DNA from: an uncultured Bacteroidaceae bacterium
Lineage (GTDB): Bacteria; Bacteroidota; Bacteroidia; Bacteroidales; P3
Assembly: GCA_964606345.1 (NCBI GenBank)
Contig: CAZSFV010000002.1
Span: 4,175 to 68,174, forward strand
Reading direction: 5' to 3'
DNA length: 64,000 nucleotides
Shown one piece after another: positions 47,218-57,368 of the stretch. The notes under the pieces were generated by a model. It made no database searches and had not been told where the DNA came from. It saw nothing but the letters and a program-made list of their open reading frames with translations. Positions within the stretch are counted from its first letter, which is position 1; each line of letters starts with the position of its first letter. The translations under genes were made by a program, and so were the position numbers.

Positions 47218-49035
47218 TTACAGGGTCTGCATGCTTGCCATCTTTGCAAAGCCTCCGTTCCGAGCCATCAGCTCATCGTATGTGCCGGTCTCCACTATGC
47301 GACCCTTGTCCATGAAGACAATTTTGTCTGCCTTTGTTATGGTGGACAGTCTGTGGGCTATAATGATGCATGTTTTGCTTTTGCTCAATTCCTCTATTGC
47401 TTTGCGGACAAGTTCCTCGCTTTGGGCATCGAGAGCCGAAGTGGCTTCGTCCAACAATAGTATATCGGGATTTTTCAACAGTTCTCTTGCTATGCAGATT
47501 CGCTGTCTTTCTCCACCCGAAAGGCTCATTCCCCGGTCGGTAAGGCGTGTGTCATAAGCCTTTTCGCAATTTGTGATAAAGTCGTGTGCATTGGCTGCTC
47601 GGGCTGCCGCTTCAACCTCGCTGCGGCTTGCATCGGGTTTGGCAAAGGCTATGTTGTTGAATATGGTATCGTTGAACAATATCGCCTGTTGCCCCACATA
47701 TCCTATTTTTTGCCTCAAAGAGTTTATGTTCAGGCTCTTTATGTCTTTTCCGTCTATGCTTAGCTCGCCGGAGGTGCTGTCCGCAAAACGCGGTATCAAG
47801 TCCACAAGCGTGGATTTGCCTGCCCCCGATGCTCCGACCAAGGCAACGGTTTTGCCTTTCTCTATCGTCAAGTCGATGTTATGCAGCACCTCATCGCCAC
47901 CTTGCGAATAGGAAAAGCAGACTTTCTTGAAGACGATGTTCGTTTCAAAGCTCTGCAGAACTACTGCGTTTTCTTTTTCTTTTATTCTTTCGTCTGCACC
48001 GAGTATTTCGTTCACTCTCTCCGCACAAGGTTCGGCTCGTTGCAAGTTATAGAAAGCAGTGGCAACGGCTTGCAAAGGTGCAATGACACGGGCGAATATG
48101 AGCGTGAAGCCTATCAGCATTTCGGGAGCAAGCTCCCCCTTCAATACCATGTTGCCACCAAATACCACCACAAACACAAGGGCGGCTATTGCAAGAAACT
48201 CGGTCAACGGCGATGCCAATTCCCTTCTTCGCAACACTTTGACAGCCGTTTTGGTATAGGCATCATTATCTTTACAAAACTTTTTCAGCACAAAATCCTC
48301 GGCATTGAACGCCTTTATCAGTCGCAAGCCGTAAATGCTTTCTTCACAGACCGAAAGCAAGACGCCCATACGCTTTTGCGACTTGTCGGAATTGCGTTTC
48401 AGGCTCTCGCCTATCCTTTTTATCAGAAAATAGGCAAGCGGCAAAACCAGCATCGTGAGCAAAACCAACTTCCACGATATAATCACCAGGGCAACAAAGC
48501 AAAACACCACCATCAAAGGGTCTTTCACCAACATCTGCAAACTGCTCAAAACGCTCCATTCCAATTCCTCCAAATCGGAGGTAAGGCGTGAAATCAAATC
48601 CCCTTTCTTTTGGTTGGAGAAAAAGCCTACGGGCAGTATGGTTATCTTATGGTAAAGTGCCGAACGCAAATCACGCGTTATTCCGTTGCGGATTGGTGCA
48701 AGAAAATACATGCCGAGATAGCGGAAAAGGGCAGAAAAGAACACACAAACAAGGTATACCGAACTTATTGCGAACAAACAGGCGTAAACGCCGTGCGTTT
48801 CGCTGTATCTGTTTATGTGCCAAGAGACATAGTCCGAGATTACCGCCTTGTCGAATGCAAAGGCAGGGCATTGTTCCGGTGCCGAGCTAATTCCGAACAG
48901 AACGGAAATAAAAGGGATTATGACAATAAACGAAAACAAGGAAAAAAAGACATACACGGCATTCGAAAGAATATTCAAAATCACTTCTTTCTTGTATTTG
49001 GATATGCCCTTGATTACGCCGAAAACGTTTTTCAT
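47218..49035 (-). CDS. ABC exporter, fused permease-ATPase (MsbA-like)
   Basis: Six-TM domain followed by Walker A GASGAGKST, signature LSGGERQR and Walker B ILLLDEATSALD. Confidence 0.9.
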   Translation of the reverse strand: MKNVFGVIKGISKYKKEVILNILSNAVYVFFSLFSFIVIIPFISVLFGISSAPEQCPAFAFDKAVISDYVSWHINRYSETHGVYACLFAISSVYLVCVFFSALFRYLGMYFLAPIRNGITRDLRSALYHKITILPVGFFSNQKKGDLISRLTSDLEELEWSVLSSLQMLVKDPLMVVFCFVALVIISWKLVLLTMLVLPLAYFLIKRIGESLKRNSDKSQKRMGVLLSVCEESIYGLRLIKAFNAEDFVLKKFCKDNDAYTKTAVKVLRRRELASPLTEFLAIAALVFVVVFGGNMVLKGELAPEMLIGFTLIFARVIAPLQAVATAFYNLQRAEPCAERVNEILGADERIKEKENAVVLQSFETNIVFKKVCFSYSQGGDEVLHNIDLTIEKGKTVALVGASGAGKSTLVDLIPRFADSTSGELSIDGKDIKSLNINSLRQKIGYVGQQAILFNDTIFNNIAFAKPDASRSEVEAAARAANAHDFITNCEKAYDTRLTDRGMSLSGGERQRICIARELLKNPDILLLDEATSALDAQSEELVRKAIEELSKSKTCIIIAHRLSTITKADKIVFMDKGRIVETGTYDELMARNGGFAKMASMQTL

Positions 49036-49094
49036 CTGAACGAATTGTGTTTCAAAAAAAGTCTTTGCAAGGCTGAGCAATCGGTCTCTTTGTT

Positions 49095-49190
49095 CGGTGA
49101 AAATGAATCAGCCATTCATTTTTACGAATCGCCGATTCATTTTTTTGAATCAGCCATTCATTTTCGTGGAACGCCGTTCGGTGAAAATGC
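49095..49190. repeat. Dispersed palindromic intergenic repeat, locus E (flanked by the direct repeat ttcggtgaaaatg)
   Basis: ttcggtgaaaatgaatcagccattcatttttacgaatcgccgattcatttttttgaatcagccattcattttcgtggaacgccgttcggtgaaaatg. Confidence 0.85.
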
Positions 49191-49248
49191 TTCTTACGAC
49201 GGCATTTTTTTTCTTCCCGTTTCCCAAGCCCGCCGACCTTGTCGCCTG

Positions 49249-49256
49249 CAAAGGTA
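49249..49256 (-). promoter_or_regulatory. Candidate -7 box (TACCTTTG on the minus strand) upstream of the ABC exporter; repeat locus E lies between it and the start codon
   Basis: caaaggta on the plus strand, about 215 nt upstream of the ATG at 49035. Confidence 0.35.
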
Positions 49257-49467
49257 CGAAAAAGCCCACAAACACAAAGTAGCGAAGAAATTGGCAAGCG
49301 GTGTTTTCCGAAAAAGACAAGGCTCCCCGCCTCCGTCGCAATAAGGTTCGCCAAAGCGCAATGCGACAGAGTGCAACGGCAAAGCCCTACGGTTGCATGC
49401 TTTGCGGAGCAAGCACTAAAAACAATGGTAATTCGATGAAAGGAAACGATACCAAGAGGTTCGGCTG

Positions 49468-50448
49468 TCAATAAAGGCGTTTTTCCTTGCCAAAATTGTA
49501 GTGTCCTTCGTCCACTTCGTTCTTTTTCTTTTTGTTTCGAGGTACCGGGGTTTCCAAAGAACGCCAACGTCCTCTCTCAAAGGTCAAGCCCAACACCTTT
49601 CCGCTCGGCACGTTCAGCTGCTTGAGACCGACAACTCCGTCAGTCTTCGACTCCAATTCATCGTAGAGTATCATTTTTGAACGCTCTAATTTCTTTTCCT
49701 CCACCTCGAAAGGTTTATTCTTGCCTACACGTTTCTTTTTTGCCTTCTTTATTCCGCCGACTTCAAAATATTGACTCTCGTATTTGAGATTGAAACTGAC
49801 ATCGGGGGCATACTCAAAAATCATTCTCTTCAAAGCCTTCATCTTGTAGAACACCGATGCACCGAAAACAGGTCTGCCGCTGTTGTGTTTGAACGTTACC
49901 GGCTCTATCACCTTACGCTTGGAATAAATATCCTTTCCGTCCCAACCCAAAAGAGTGTAATAGGTTATGTTCTCGTATTTGGAGGTAATCAGTTCGTAAT
50001 AAACGGCTCCGAACCAACAAGTGTCGGACAGCTTCTGCTCTTCGGGCGAATAGATTTCGTCGTTGCGGGCAAGCAAGGGGTAGACTTCGTACTCACCGGT
50101 GGCTTCGTTTTTTGCTTGAACAAAACCGAAATTGTCATAACTGCCCTCAGAAGAAATGATTGCCCATGTAAATACTCTGAAACGTTTGTCTTGTGAGGTC
50201 AATATGCTGATGCGGTTCAACGCATCAAAGGAATAGGAAAAACTGTTCGGCATTTCGAGGCAGTTTCCTAACTTTTCTTTGAAACGCTCATTGGCATTGA
50301 AACGCTCGTTATCGCTGTCGGCAAAAAACATTGTGTCTTGCAAATTCCTCAGTTCCTGCTCCGCATTCTGCAAAAAGACGGAATTTTGTGCGTATGCGAC
50401 CATCGACAAACCGCAAAGCACTATTAAAAATGAGAGTACCCTGTTCAT
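49468..50448 (-). CDS. Hypothetical secreted protein with a Lys-rich C-terminal tail
   Basis: Signal peptide MNRVLSFLIVLCGLSMVAYAQ. I recognise no other motif. Confidence 0.6.
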   Translation of the reverse strand: MNRVLSFLIVLCGLSMVAYAQNSVFLQNAEQELRNLQDTMFFADSDNERFNANERFKEKLGNCLEMPNSFSYSFDALNRISILTSQDKRFRVFTWAIISSEGSYDNFGFVQAKNEATGEYEVYPLLARNDEIYSPEEQKLSDTCWFGAVYYELITSKYENITYYTLLGWDGKDIYSKRKVIEPVTFKHNSGRPVFGASVFYKMKALKRMIFEYAPDVSFNLKYESQYFEVGGIKKAKKKRVGKNKPFEVEEKKLERSKMILYDELESKTDGVVGLKQLNVPSGKVLGLTFERGRWRSLETPVPRNKKKKNEVDEGHYNFGKEKRLY

Positions 50449-50493
50449 AATGTGCAAAAGTACGAAAAAGCAATGAGCCTGCCGAACGTAAAA

Positions 50494-50527
50494 CAAAAAA
50501 AGAGCGAATCGCTCGACTCGCTCTTTC
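50494..50527 (-). terminator. Rho-independent terminator downstream of the T9SS cargo gene
   Basis: agagcga / tcgctct stem. The A7 run on the plus strand is a U7 run on the minus strand. Confidence 0.6.
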
Positions 50528-50546
50528 TATCGGATTGGTGTTTCTC

Positions 50547-53500
50547 TTATCGAATAACCTCTACTGACCCCTTAAACTCCACATCTCTCACAGGACCTCG
50601 ACCGATGAAGCGATAGAAGTAGGTTCCTGAAGGTGTGTTGGTTGCGGCAGGGTCCCAAAACTCGGAAGCGTGCCTCAAATCCTGCACAAAGTAGATTCGC
50701 TTGCCATAACGGTTGTAGATAGCCAGCTCATTATCCGGAAAGGCTTGTCCTTCTATCAAGTTATGAATCACGAACACGTCGTTCACTCCGTCGCCGTTAG
50801 GGGTTACAACGGTAGGAAAGATAAGGTTATCGTTGATTATGGTAATGACCCTCGTGATGGTATCATGACATTCGTAAATATTGCCGCTCGGTGCTGTGTT
50901 AACGCTATAAGCATCTAAGTGAATATTATAATCACCTGCCACACTTTGACCGGATTGCGGCGTCCAGGTGTAAGAAGGATTGTCTCCAAAGACATTCTCC
51001 ACATCGTAGGCATTGTTTCGGTTTGTCTGTATGGTCCAATGGTATTTGTTTGCAGCATCTTGCGGCTTTGTGAGGTTCACAATGTTGGCAGTAGGATCGG
51101 AAGCATACGGATTGGTTGGTTCCCAACCAAAATCGGCAATAGGGTGTTTGAAAACATTTATCATGGCAGGATAGAATATGGAATCCTGACAACCGAACTC
51201 CGAGGTTACCTTCAGCTTCACATCGTAAGAGCCGTAAGGGAACGTAAAAGAAGGCTCGCGAGAAGAAGATGTTTCTTCACCCACCGTCCACTCAAATGTG
51301 TTTGCATTTGTGGCAGTGTTTTTTAATTGGAACGAGAACGGCTCACAACCCTCCAACGGATAGGTGTCGGAGGTGAACGCCGCCGTTGCCGCAGGGTGAA
51401 CAATCAACTTTATATCGTCTTGTCCATAACAATATATGGAACCGTTATATTCTGTAACCAATACGGTGTAAACAAGTTCGGAAGCCGAATTTTCGGGAGC
51501 CGCTGCCGTTATAACCCTTGTTGTTTCGCCCGTTGGCGACCACACATAGGTTGCCGTAGGAGTTTCGTTACCGGCATCAAGTTGCACACTCGTCATCTCG
51601 CACAAAGCAATATCATCACCCAAATTCACAACCGGAGTTTGCACAACCGTCAAAGGCGAAACAGTATCCCATTCGCAGCCAAAGTCATCTATGATTTTTA
51701 CATTGAAGATGAAGTCTCCAACACTGTCGATTGGCGGAGCTATTGCGGCAGAAATATTGGAAAGTTGGTTGAAGAAAGTCGGTCCCGACCATATAACCGT
51801 GTCTATAGGCACTTGGTAGTCCCAGTTTGCAGCACTGCTCTGCCCCAATTCCAAATCCCACCAGAATACATAACCATTATCAATTGCCCAGTCATCGCAA
51901 ATTCTTATCATCCACTCGCCATTCAACGGGCAACCGACCAAAGATGCAAATCCATTCAAATCCACTACCTCCGATTGCGGAACATTTTGCACAGGCGTTT
52001 GGAAATAGCCTATGGTATCCACAGTGTTTGTAGAGTCAACAGGCGATGAACCCGTACCGGTAATAACACCTCTTTGTCCGTTTAAGTACTGATTGGAGAA
52101 ACAATAAGTCCAGCCAATTCCGGGAGGGTTGCAGGCAGAGTCGCACTCATCTGAACATGTCGTAGAAGAATTAGCTTGTCCTAAGTCGGCACCGCCTGCG
52201 TGGGTATTGTGCTTCAATACGGCGGACTGCCCATTAGGGCATATTATAGAGAACCCAAGGTCTCCCAAGAAAGTATGTTCAATGTTTACACAAATAGACA
52301 TTATATCTTCTGCATGCCCTACAGTTGCTCCCGGTGTAAACTGATCGAATGTAACGGGAGCATCATAACAAGCGGATTGGCTGCCACTCTCGCATCTCGG
52401 TCCATCAGGAATAAACACGGTGTTCTCGTATCTTTCCTTTGCCCCTCTTCTGAAATCCAACGAGTCAACAATTATTTGACTGTTTGCTCCGTAGCCGACA
52501 ACAAACCCCATCTCTGTTCCGGAACACATATCAGGCAAACGTTGCACCGTCTTAATCGGATTTGTTGCCATACGAATACGGGTATCTATGGTGTTTCTGC
52601 TCCTACAACCGCCATTGGCAGTATCTTCCACCACAAGCATCAAATCATATCCGCTCAATTCACTCCACTTATGCCCCACTTCCGTGTTATAGTTCACGGT
52701 TTTGGTCTGACCATCTCCAAAAGTCCATTCATAAACACAGCCTGCGGCATCTTGATGATAAACATTGCCGTTCTCAGGAAAAACAGGCTTGGCTACAAGC
52801 ACCACAGAATCTCCAAGACAAAAGTCAACAGACTTATATCTTGATATGGAAACCGATCCATCTTCGTTTATCAAGGTATCAGCTCCGTCTCTCACGGGTC
52901 TTGCTATTCTGTTTCCGGCTTCGTCTATTCTGTAAAAAACTGAGTCCAACGCCGCTTCGGGATATTGACATAACGAAGCACACTCTATTTTCGCCTTAAA
53001 TCCTGCGGCTTCATTAGAACCGTCGGTTACCAAGCGTATTGTCAAACACCCCGTAGGCATCATAAGAGACGGCATTACCGTCTGACCTTGTAATACCGAC
53101 CCTTGAAAGTACGGCGTGTTGTCCGCCGTGGTCATGATGGCGGATATTGACATAACGAAGCACACTCTATTTTCGCCTTAAATCCTGCGGCTTCATTAGA
53201 ACCGTCGGTTACCAAGCGTATTGTCAAACACCCCGTAGGCATCATAAGAGACGGCATTACCGTCTGACCTTGTAATACCGACCCTTGAAAGTACGGCGTG
53301 TTGTCCGCCGTGGTCATGATGGCGGCATTTATCGACGTTCCTTGGTAGATAAACACTGTGTCCGACATATCAATGTCAAATTCTTCGAATGTTAGGGAGA
53401 TTCTTCCCGTGCTTCCTGTCGAAGCCGGCGGACAGATGGTTACCCAACGGTCTTGATTGGGTTCGTAATTGCCGGTCTTGGAGTTATCATACAGATAACC

Positions 53501-53626
53501 GCTACAGGTATTCTTTGTCTTGTTGTGATTACTGCTGTTCAAAAGAATGTCTTGTGCTTGTGCCGTTTGGGCTAATGCGAACATGAAGACACTCATCAGA
53601 AACAGTACTGTGTTTTTCTTATTCAT
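50547..53626 (-). pseudogene. T9SS type-B CTD cargo protein (CUB-like N-domain, proprotein-convertase P-like domain, PKD-like repeats) frameshifted by a 182-bp tandem duplication
   Basis: Two ORFs (53132-53707 and 50547-53165) both encode AIMTTADNTPYFQGSVLQGQTVMPSLMMPTGCLTIRLVTDGSNEAAGFKAKIECASLCQYP. Removing one 182-bp copy gives a single ORF of 993 codons counted from 53707 (about 965 aa from the ATG at 53626). Signal peptide MNKKNTVLFLMSVFMFALAQTAQAQ. C-terminus FPTVVTPNGDGVNDVFVIHNL...PSGTYFYRF. Confidence 0.85.
52961..53324. repeat. Perfect tandem direct duplication, 2 x 182 bp (52961-53142 and 53143-53324)
   Basis: I compared the two copies base by base and they are identical. There is a 1-nt junction ambiguity. 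Confidence 0.95.
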
Positions 53627-53912
53627 ACGAGTACGGTATTTGACTGCGAAATTAAGCATTTTACTTCTTACAGCCAAATTCTCAACGCTTTTTCTTTGTT
53701 TTTCCATGACTGCGTTCCTCTTATTGTTGTTTTTCGTCTGTGATTTGTTTTCTGTCTCGGTCGTTTCCGTTTTGCCTCAATGCAAGCCTCTTGCTTTGCA
53801 AAAGAGGACTGAAAAGGGCTTCTGATTTTTCTTTTGCCGCCTTTTACTGCCAAAGACAATGCAAAAGGGCAAAAAGTAAACAAGGCAAGCCGAAAAAATG
53901 GAAAAAAAATTC

Positions 53913-53920
53913 TACTTTTG
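53913..53920 (+). promoter_or_regulatory. Bacteroidetes -7 box (TACTTTTG) for hisS
   Basis: 39 nt upstream of the ATG at 53959. Confidence 0.45.
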
Positions 53921-53958
53921 CACGCCAAACATTGGTATTCACGCAAAACGAAACAGTT

Positions 53959-55302
53959 ATGAACTACAAAACAGTTAAGGGTACGAGAGATTTTTTGCCA
54001 CTTCAAATGCAGAGACGCAACTACATATTTGACACTATCAAGGAGGTGTATCATGCTCACGGTTTTCGGCAGATAGAAACGCCTGCGTTGGAGAATTTGG
54101 ACACTTTGATGGGTAAGTACGGCGAAGAGGGGGACAAGCTCTTGTTCAAAATTCTCAATTCAGGCGACTTTACGGCAGACAAGGACTTGACTTCCGGTGA
54201 TTACAAGCATATAACGAAGTTGATTTGTGAAAAGGGCTTGCGGTACGATCTCACCGTGCCGTTTGCCCGTTTCGTTGTAAATCACTTAAATGATATTTCC
54301 TTTCCTTTCAAACGCTATCAAATTCAACCGGTATGGCGTGCAGACCGTCCGCAAAAGGGAAGATACAGAGAGTTTTACCAATGCGATGCGGATATAATAG
54401 GCAGTGAAAGCCTCCTGAATGAGGTTGAGTTGTTGGAAATTGCACAAGAGGTGTTCGGTCGCCTGAATTTGAAAACACTTATCAAGTTCAACAACCGCAA
54501 AATCCTCTTTGCGATAGCCCAATACATAGGAAAGGAGGAGCAACTCACCGATATAACTGTTGCAATAGACAAGTTGGACAAGGTGGGATACGATAACGTT
54601 GTAAAGGAATTGAAGGAGAGCAAAGGTTTTTCGGCGGAAGACATCGATAAACTTACGCCTGTGCTGACTCTTTCCGGTTCTAATGAATACAAGATGGAGA
54701 AATTGAAAGCTCTTCTTTGTTCCGAGGTTGCTCAAAAGGGCATCGAGGAAGCTGAATTTGTGCTTTCTCGCTGCAAGGACTTGGGTTTGGAAAATGTTGA
54801 ATTGGATTTGACCTTGGCAAGGGGATTAAACTACTACACCGGGGCTATAATGGAAATCAAAGCCTGCGACGTGGAGATGGGAAGCATTTGCGGCGGTGGT
54901 CGTTACGATAATCTGACGGGCATTTTCGGCAAGGAGGGTTTGTCCGGTGTGGGAATATCCTTCGGAGCCGACAGAATATACGATTGTTTGGAGCAACTGA
55001 ACCTTTTCCCCGACGAAGCCAAATATCAAACCGATGTGTTGTTCATCAATTTCGGCGAAAAGGAGAATCTTTTTGCCCAAAAGACTGCCCGCAAGTTGAG
55101 AGAGGCAGGGCTCAACGTTGAAGTCTACCCCGACAATGCCAAGTTGAAAAAACAAATGAACTACGCCAACGAAAGGAATGTCCGATTCGTTATCCTTGCA
55201 GGTGAAGAAGAAATCGGACAAAACCAAGTTTCGCTAAAAAACATGTCCACCGGCAGCCAGCAGACTGTCAGTGCCGAGGATATTGTTTCCCATATCTCTT
55301 AA
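53959..55302 (+). CDS. hisS: Histidine--tRNA ligase
   Basis: [14 protein letters not shown]; motif 2 [14 protein letters not shown]; GGGRYDNL; C-terminal anticodon-binding domain. Confidence 0.95.
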   Translation: MNYKTVKGTRDFLPLQMQRRNYIFDTIKEVYHAHGFRQIETPALENLDTLMGKYGEEGDKLLFKILNSGDFTADKDLTSGDYKHITKLICEKGLRYDLTVPFARFVVNHLNDISFPFKRYQIQPVWRADRPQKGRYREFYQCDADIIGSESLLNEVELLEIAQEVFGRLNLKTLIKFNNRKILFAIAQYIGKEEQLTDITVAIDKLDKVGYDNVVKELKESKGFSAEDIDKLTPVLTLSGSNEYKMEKLKALLCSEVAQKGIEEAEFVLSRCKDLGLENVELDLTLARGLNYYTGAIMEIKACDVEMGSICGGGRYDNLTGIFGKEGLSGVGISFGADRIYDCLEQLNLFPDEAKYQTDVLFINFGEKENLFAQKTARKLREAGLNVEVYPDNAKLKKQMNYANERNVRFVILAGEEEIGQNQVSLKNMSTGSQQTVSAEDIVSHIS

Positions 55303-57034
55303 ACATATTCATCGCCCAATTTCTGTTTTCGGGCTTATACCAAAAGAAAATCCTGTTCTGCATCTGTTTTGCGGCAGGATTTTTTTCTGTAAACACCTTT
55401 TCGCCTGTGTATATGTCCAATCCGGTGTAGTAGGTTTCCGTTGCTATGGTCATCGGTGTGGGCGTAAAATCCTGCACCTGCTGCAAACGGTATCCCAAAG
55501 CGGCGGTCTGCCAGGCCAAATCGACCATATCTTTCATTTCACAAGCCGGATGCGATGATATAAAGTAGGGAATCAACTGCTGGTTCAAGCCATAGCGTTT
55601 ATTGATTTGCTCAAAACGCTTTTTCAAGTCTGCGAATTGCGAAAACGGCATCTTGCGCATCTGTCGCAAAACCCTCTCCGACGAATGTTCGGGTGCCACT
55701 TTCAACCGTCCGCTGACATGATAACGACAAAGAATCTCGAAATAATTACTTTTATCGAACAAATCATACCTTATTCCGCTGCCGATGAAGGCTTTTTTTA
55801 TGAAGGGCAATTCCCTTACCGCCCGATATAGTTCTATCAGCGGCTTGTGGTCGTTATTCATGTTTCGACACAGAGAGGGATAAAGACATGAGGGACGTAC
55901 ACATTTGCGGCACATTTCTTCATTTTTGCCCTTCATCATATACATGTTTGCAGAAGGTCCTCCCAAATCGGACAAATACCCCTTGAAATCCTTATCGGCG
56001 GCAATGATTTTTATTTCCCGCAGAACCGATTCCCTGCTTCGCGAGATTATCTTCTTTCCCTGATGTGCCGCAATGGTGCAGAAAGCACAACCGCCAAAGC
56101 AACCTCTGTGTATGTTGACGGAATATTTTATCATTTCGAAAGCCGGAACAGCCCCTCGCCCGGCATATTTCGGGTGTGGTCGTCTTTCAAAAGGCAGAAG
56201 GTAAACACTGTCCAAATCCTCCATAGAATAACTTCTGTCAAAAGGGTTTACAACAACATAAGCACCCGCCTTGTCATATTTTTGTATCAAACGTTCTTCG
56301 CCTGCCTTGTTGCTGTGCTTTTCGAAAAGGCAAATAGATTTGGCTTGTGCCTTTTTGTCCCTGCAACACTGCTCAAACGGGGGTACAAACACATCTGTCC
56401 ACGCTTTATTGCCTGCATTCGGCTTATGCGAAAGGTAAGCGGTTTGTTCTATGTCGGTGATTTCTTCTATTTTTCTGCCTTTTTTCAGTTCATCGCATAT
56501 TCTTTTGACCACCTTCTCCCCCATTCCGTAAACCAACATATCCGCTCCGGAGGTCAAAAGTATGGACGGCAGGAGCTTATCCGCCCAATAATCGTAGTGT
56601 GCAAGTCTCCGCATTGAAGCTTCAATGCCGCCTATCAGCACAGGCACAGAGGGATAGAGCCGTTTCAGTATTTCGGTATACACCGATACCGCCCTGTCCG
56701 GACGAAAGCCCGATTGACCGCCCGGCGTGTACGCATCATCGCTCCTCTTACGCTTTGCCGCCGTATAGTGATTAACCATGGAATCCATACAACCCGAACT
56801 GACACAAAAACAAAGCCGGGGCTGACCCATCTTCTTGAAATCCCTCAAATCGTCCTGCCAATTCGGTTGCGGCAAAACAGCAACCCTATATCCCGCATTC
56901 TCCAAATAACGACATATAACGGCACAACCAAAAGAGGGATGATCCACATAAGCATCGCCCGAAACAAAAATCACATCCACATAATCCCAACCCCTCGCCT
57001 CCAATTCCTTTACGGTTGTAGGTAAAAACGCCAT
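55268..57034 (-). CDS. ygiQ: YgiQ-family (UPF0313) radical SAM protein
   Basis: [29 protein letters not shown]; radical SAM cluster [10 protein letters not shown]. The 3' end overlaps hisS convergently by 35 nt. Confidence 0.9.
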   Translation of the reverse strand: MAFLPTTVKELEARGWDYVDVIFVSGDAYVDHPSFGCAVICRYLENAGYRVAVLPQPNWQDDLRDFKKMGQPRLCFCVSSGCMDSMVNHYTAAKRKRSDDAYTPGGQSGFRPDRAVSVYTEILKRLYPSVPVLIGGIEASMRRLAHYDYWADKLLPSILLTSGADMLVYGMGEKVVKRICDELKKGRKIEEITDIEQTAYLSHKPNAGNKAWTDVFVPPFEQCCRDKKAQAKSICLFEKHSNKAGEERLIQKYDKAGAYVVVNPFDRSYSMEDLDSVYLLPFERRPHPKYAGRGAVPAFEMIKYSVNIHRGCFGGCAFCTIAAHQGKKIISRSRESVLREIKIIAADKDFKGYLSDLGGPSANMYMMKGKNEEMCRKCVRPSCLYPSLCRNMNNDHKPLIELYRAVRELPFIKKAFIGSGIRYDLFDKSNYFEILCRYHVSGRLKVAPEHSSERVLRQMRKMPFSQFADLKKRFEQINKRYGLNQQLIPYFISSHPACEMKDMVDLAWQTAALGYRLQQVQDFTPTPMTIATETYYTGLDIYTGEKVFTEKNPAAKQMQNRIFFWYKPENRNWAMNMFKRYGKQYPRH

Positions 57035-57058
57035 AATCAATCTCCAAATACAAGTCTG

Positions 57059-57066
57059 CAAAGTTA
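57059..57066 (-). promoter_or_regulatory. Bacteroidetes -7 box (TAACTTTG on the minus strand) for ygiQ
   Basis: caaagtta on the plus strand, 25 nt upstream of the ATG at 57034. Confidence 0.45.
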
Positions 57067-57187
57067 GTAATTAAATTCATAATCCTCATACCGACCGACC
57101 GCATATCCGACACCCTCCTCCCCTGCATATAAACACATCAAAGGGACAGTTTTCGAACTCTTGGAAATCAGCCCTCTGCAAAGAGCA

Positions 57188-57275
57188 AAACGAAAGGCTG
57201 ATTCGTTTTGACGAATCAGCCTTTCATTTTTCTGAATCAGCCATTCGTCGGAGCGAATCGCCGAAAGGGTAATTC
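57188..57275. repeat. Dispersed palindromic intergenic repeat, locus F
   Basis: aacgaaaggctgattcgttttgacgaatcagcctttcatttttctgaatcagccattcgtcggagcgaatcgccgaaagg. The first two units form a 14-bp hairpin. Confidence 0.85.
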
Positions 57276-57368
57276 TTTGTCAGAAAGCAGTTTTGCCAAT
57301 GCGTGCAGAACTTGTGTTTTACTGCTGTTTGATGCTTGGAGCTTGCTTGCCCAACTGTCGGAATACGT

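Noticed and set aside
55268-55302. 35-nt convergent 3' overlap of hisS and ygiQ.
   Set aside because: Short convergent overlaps are common in compact genomes. Both C-termini look plausible, and nothing suggests a frameshift or a functional antisense arrangement.
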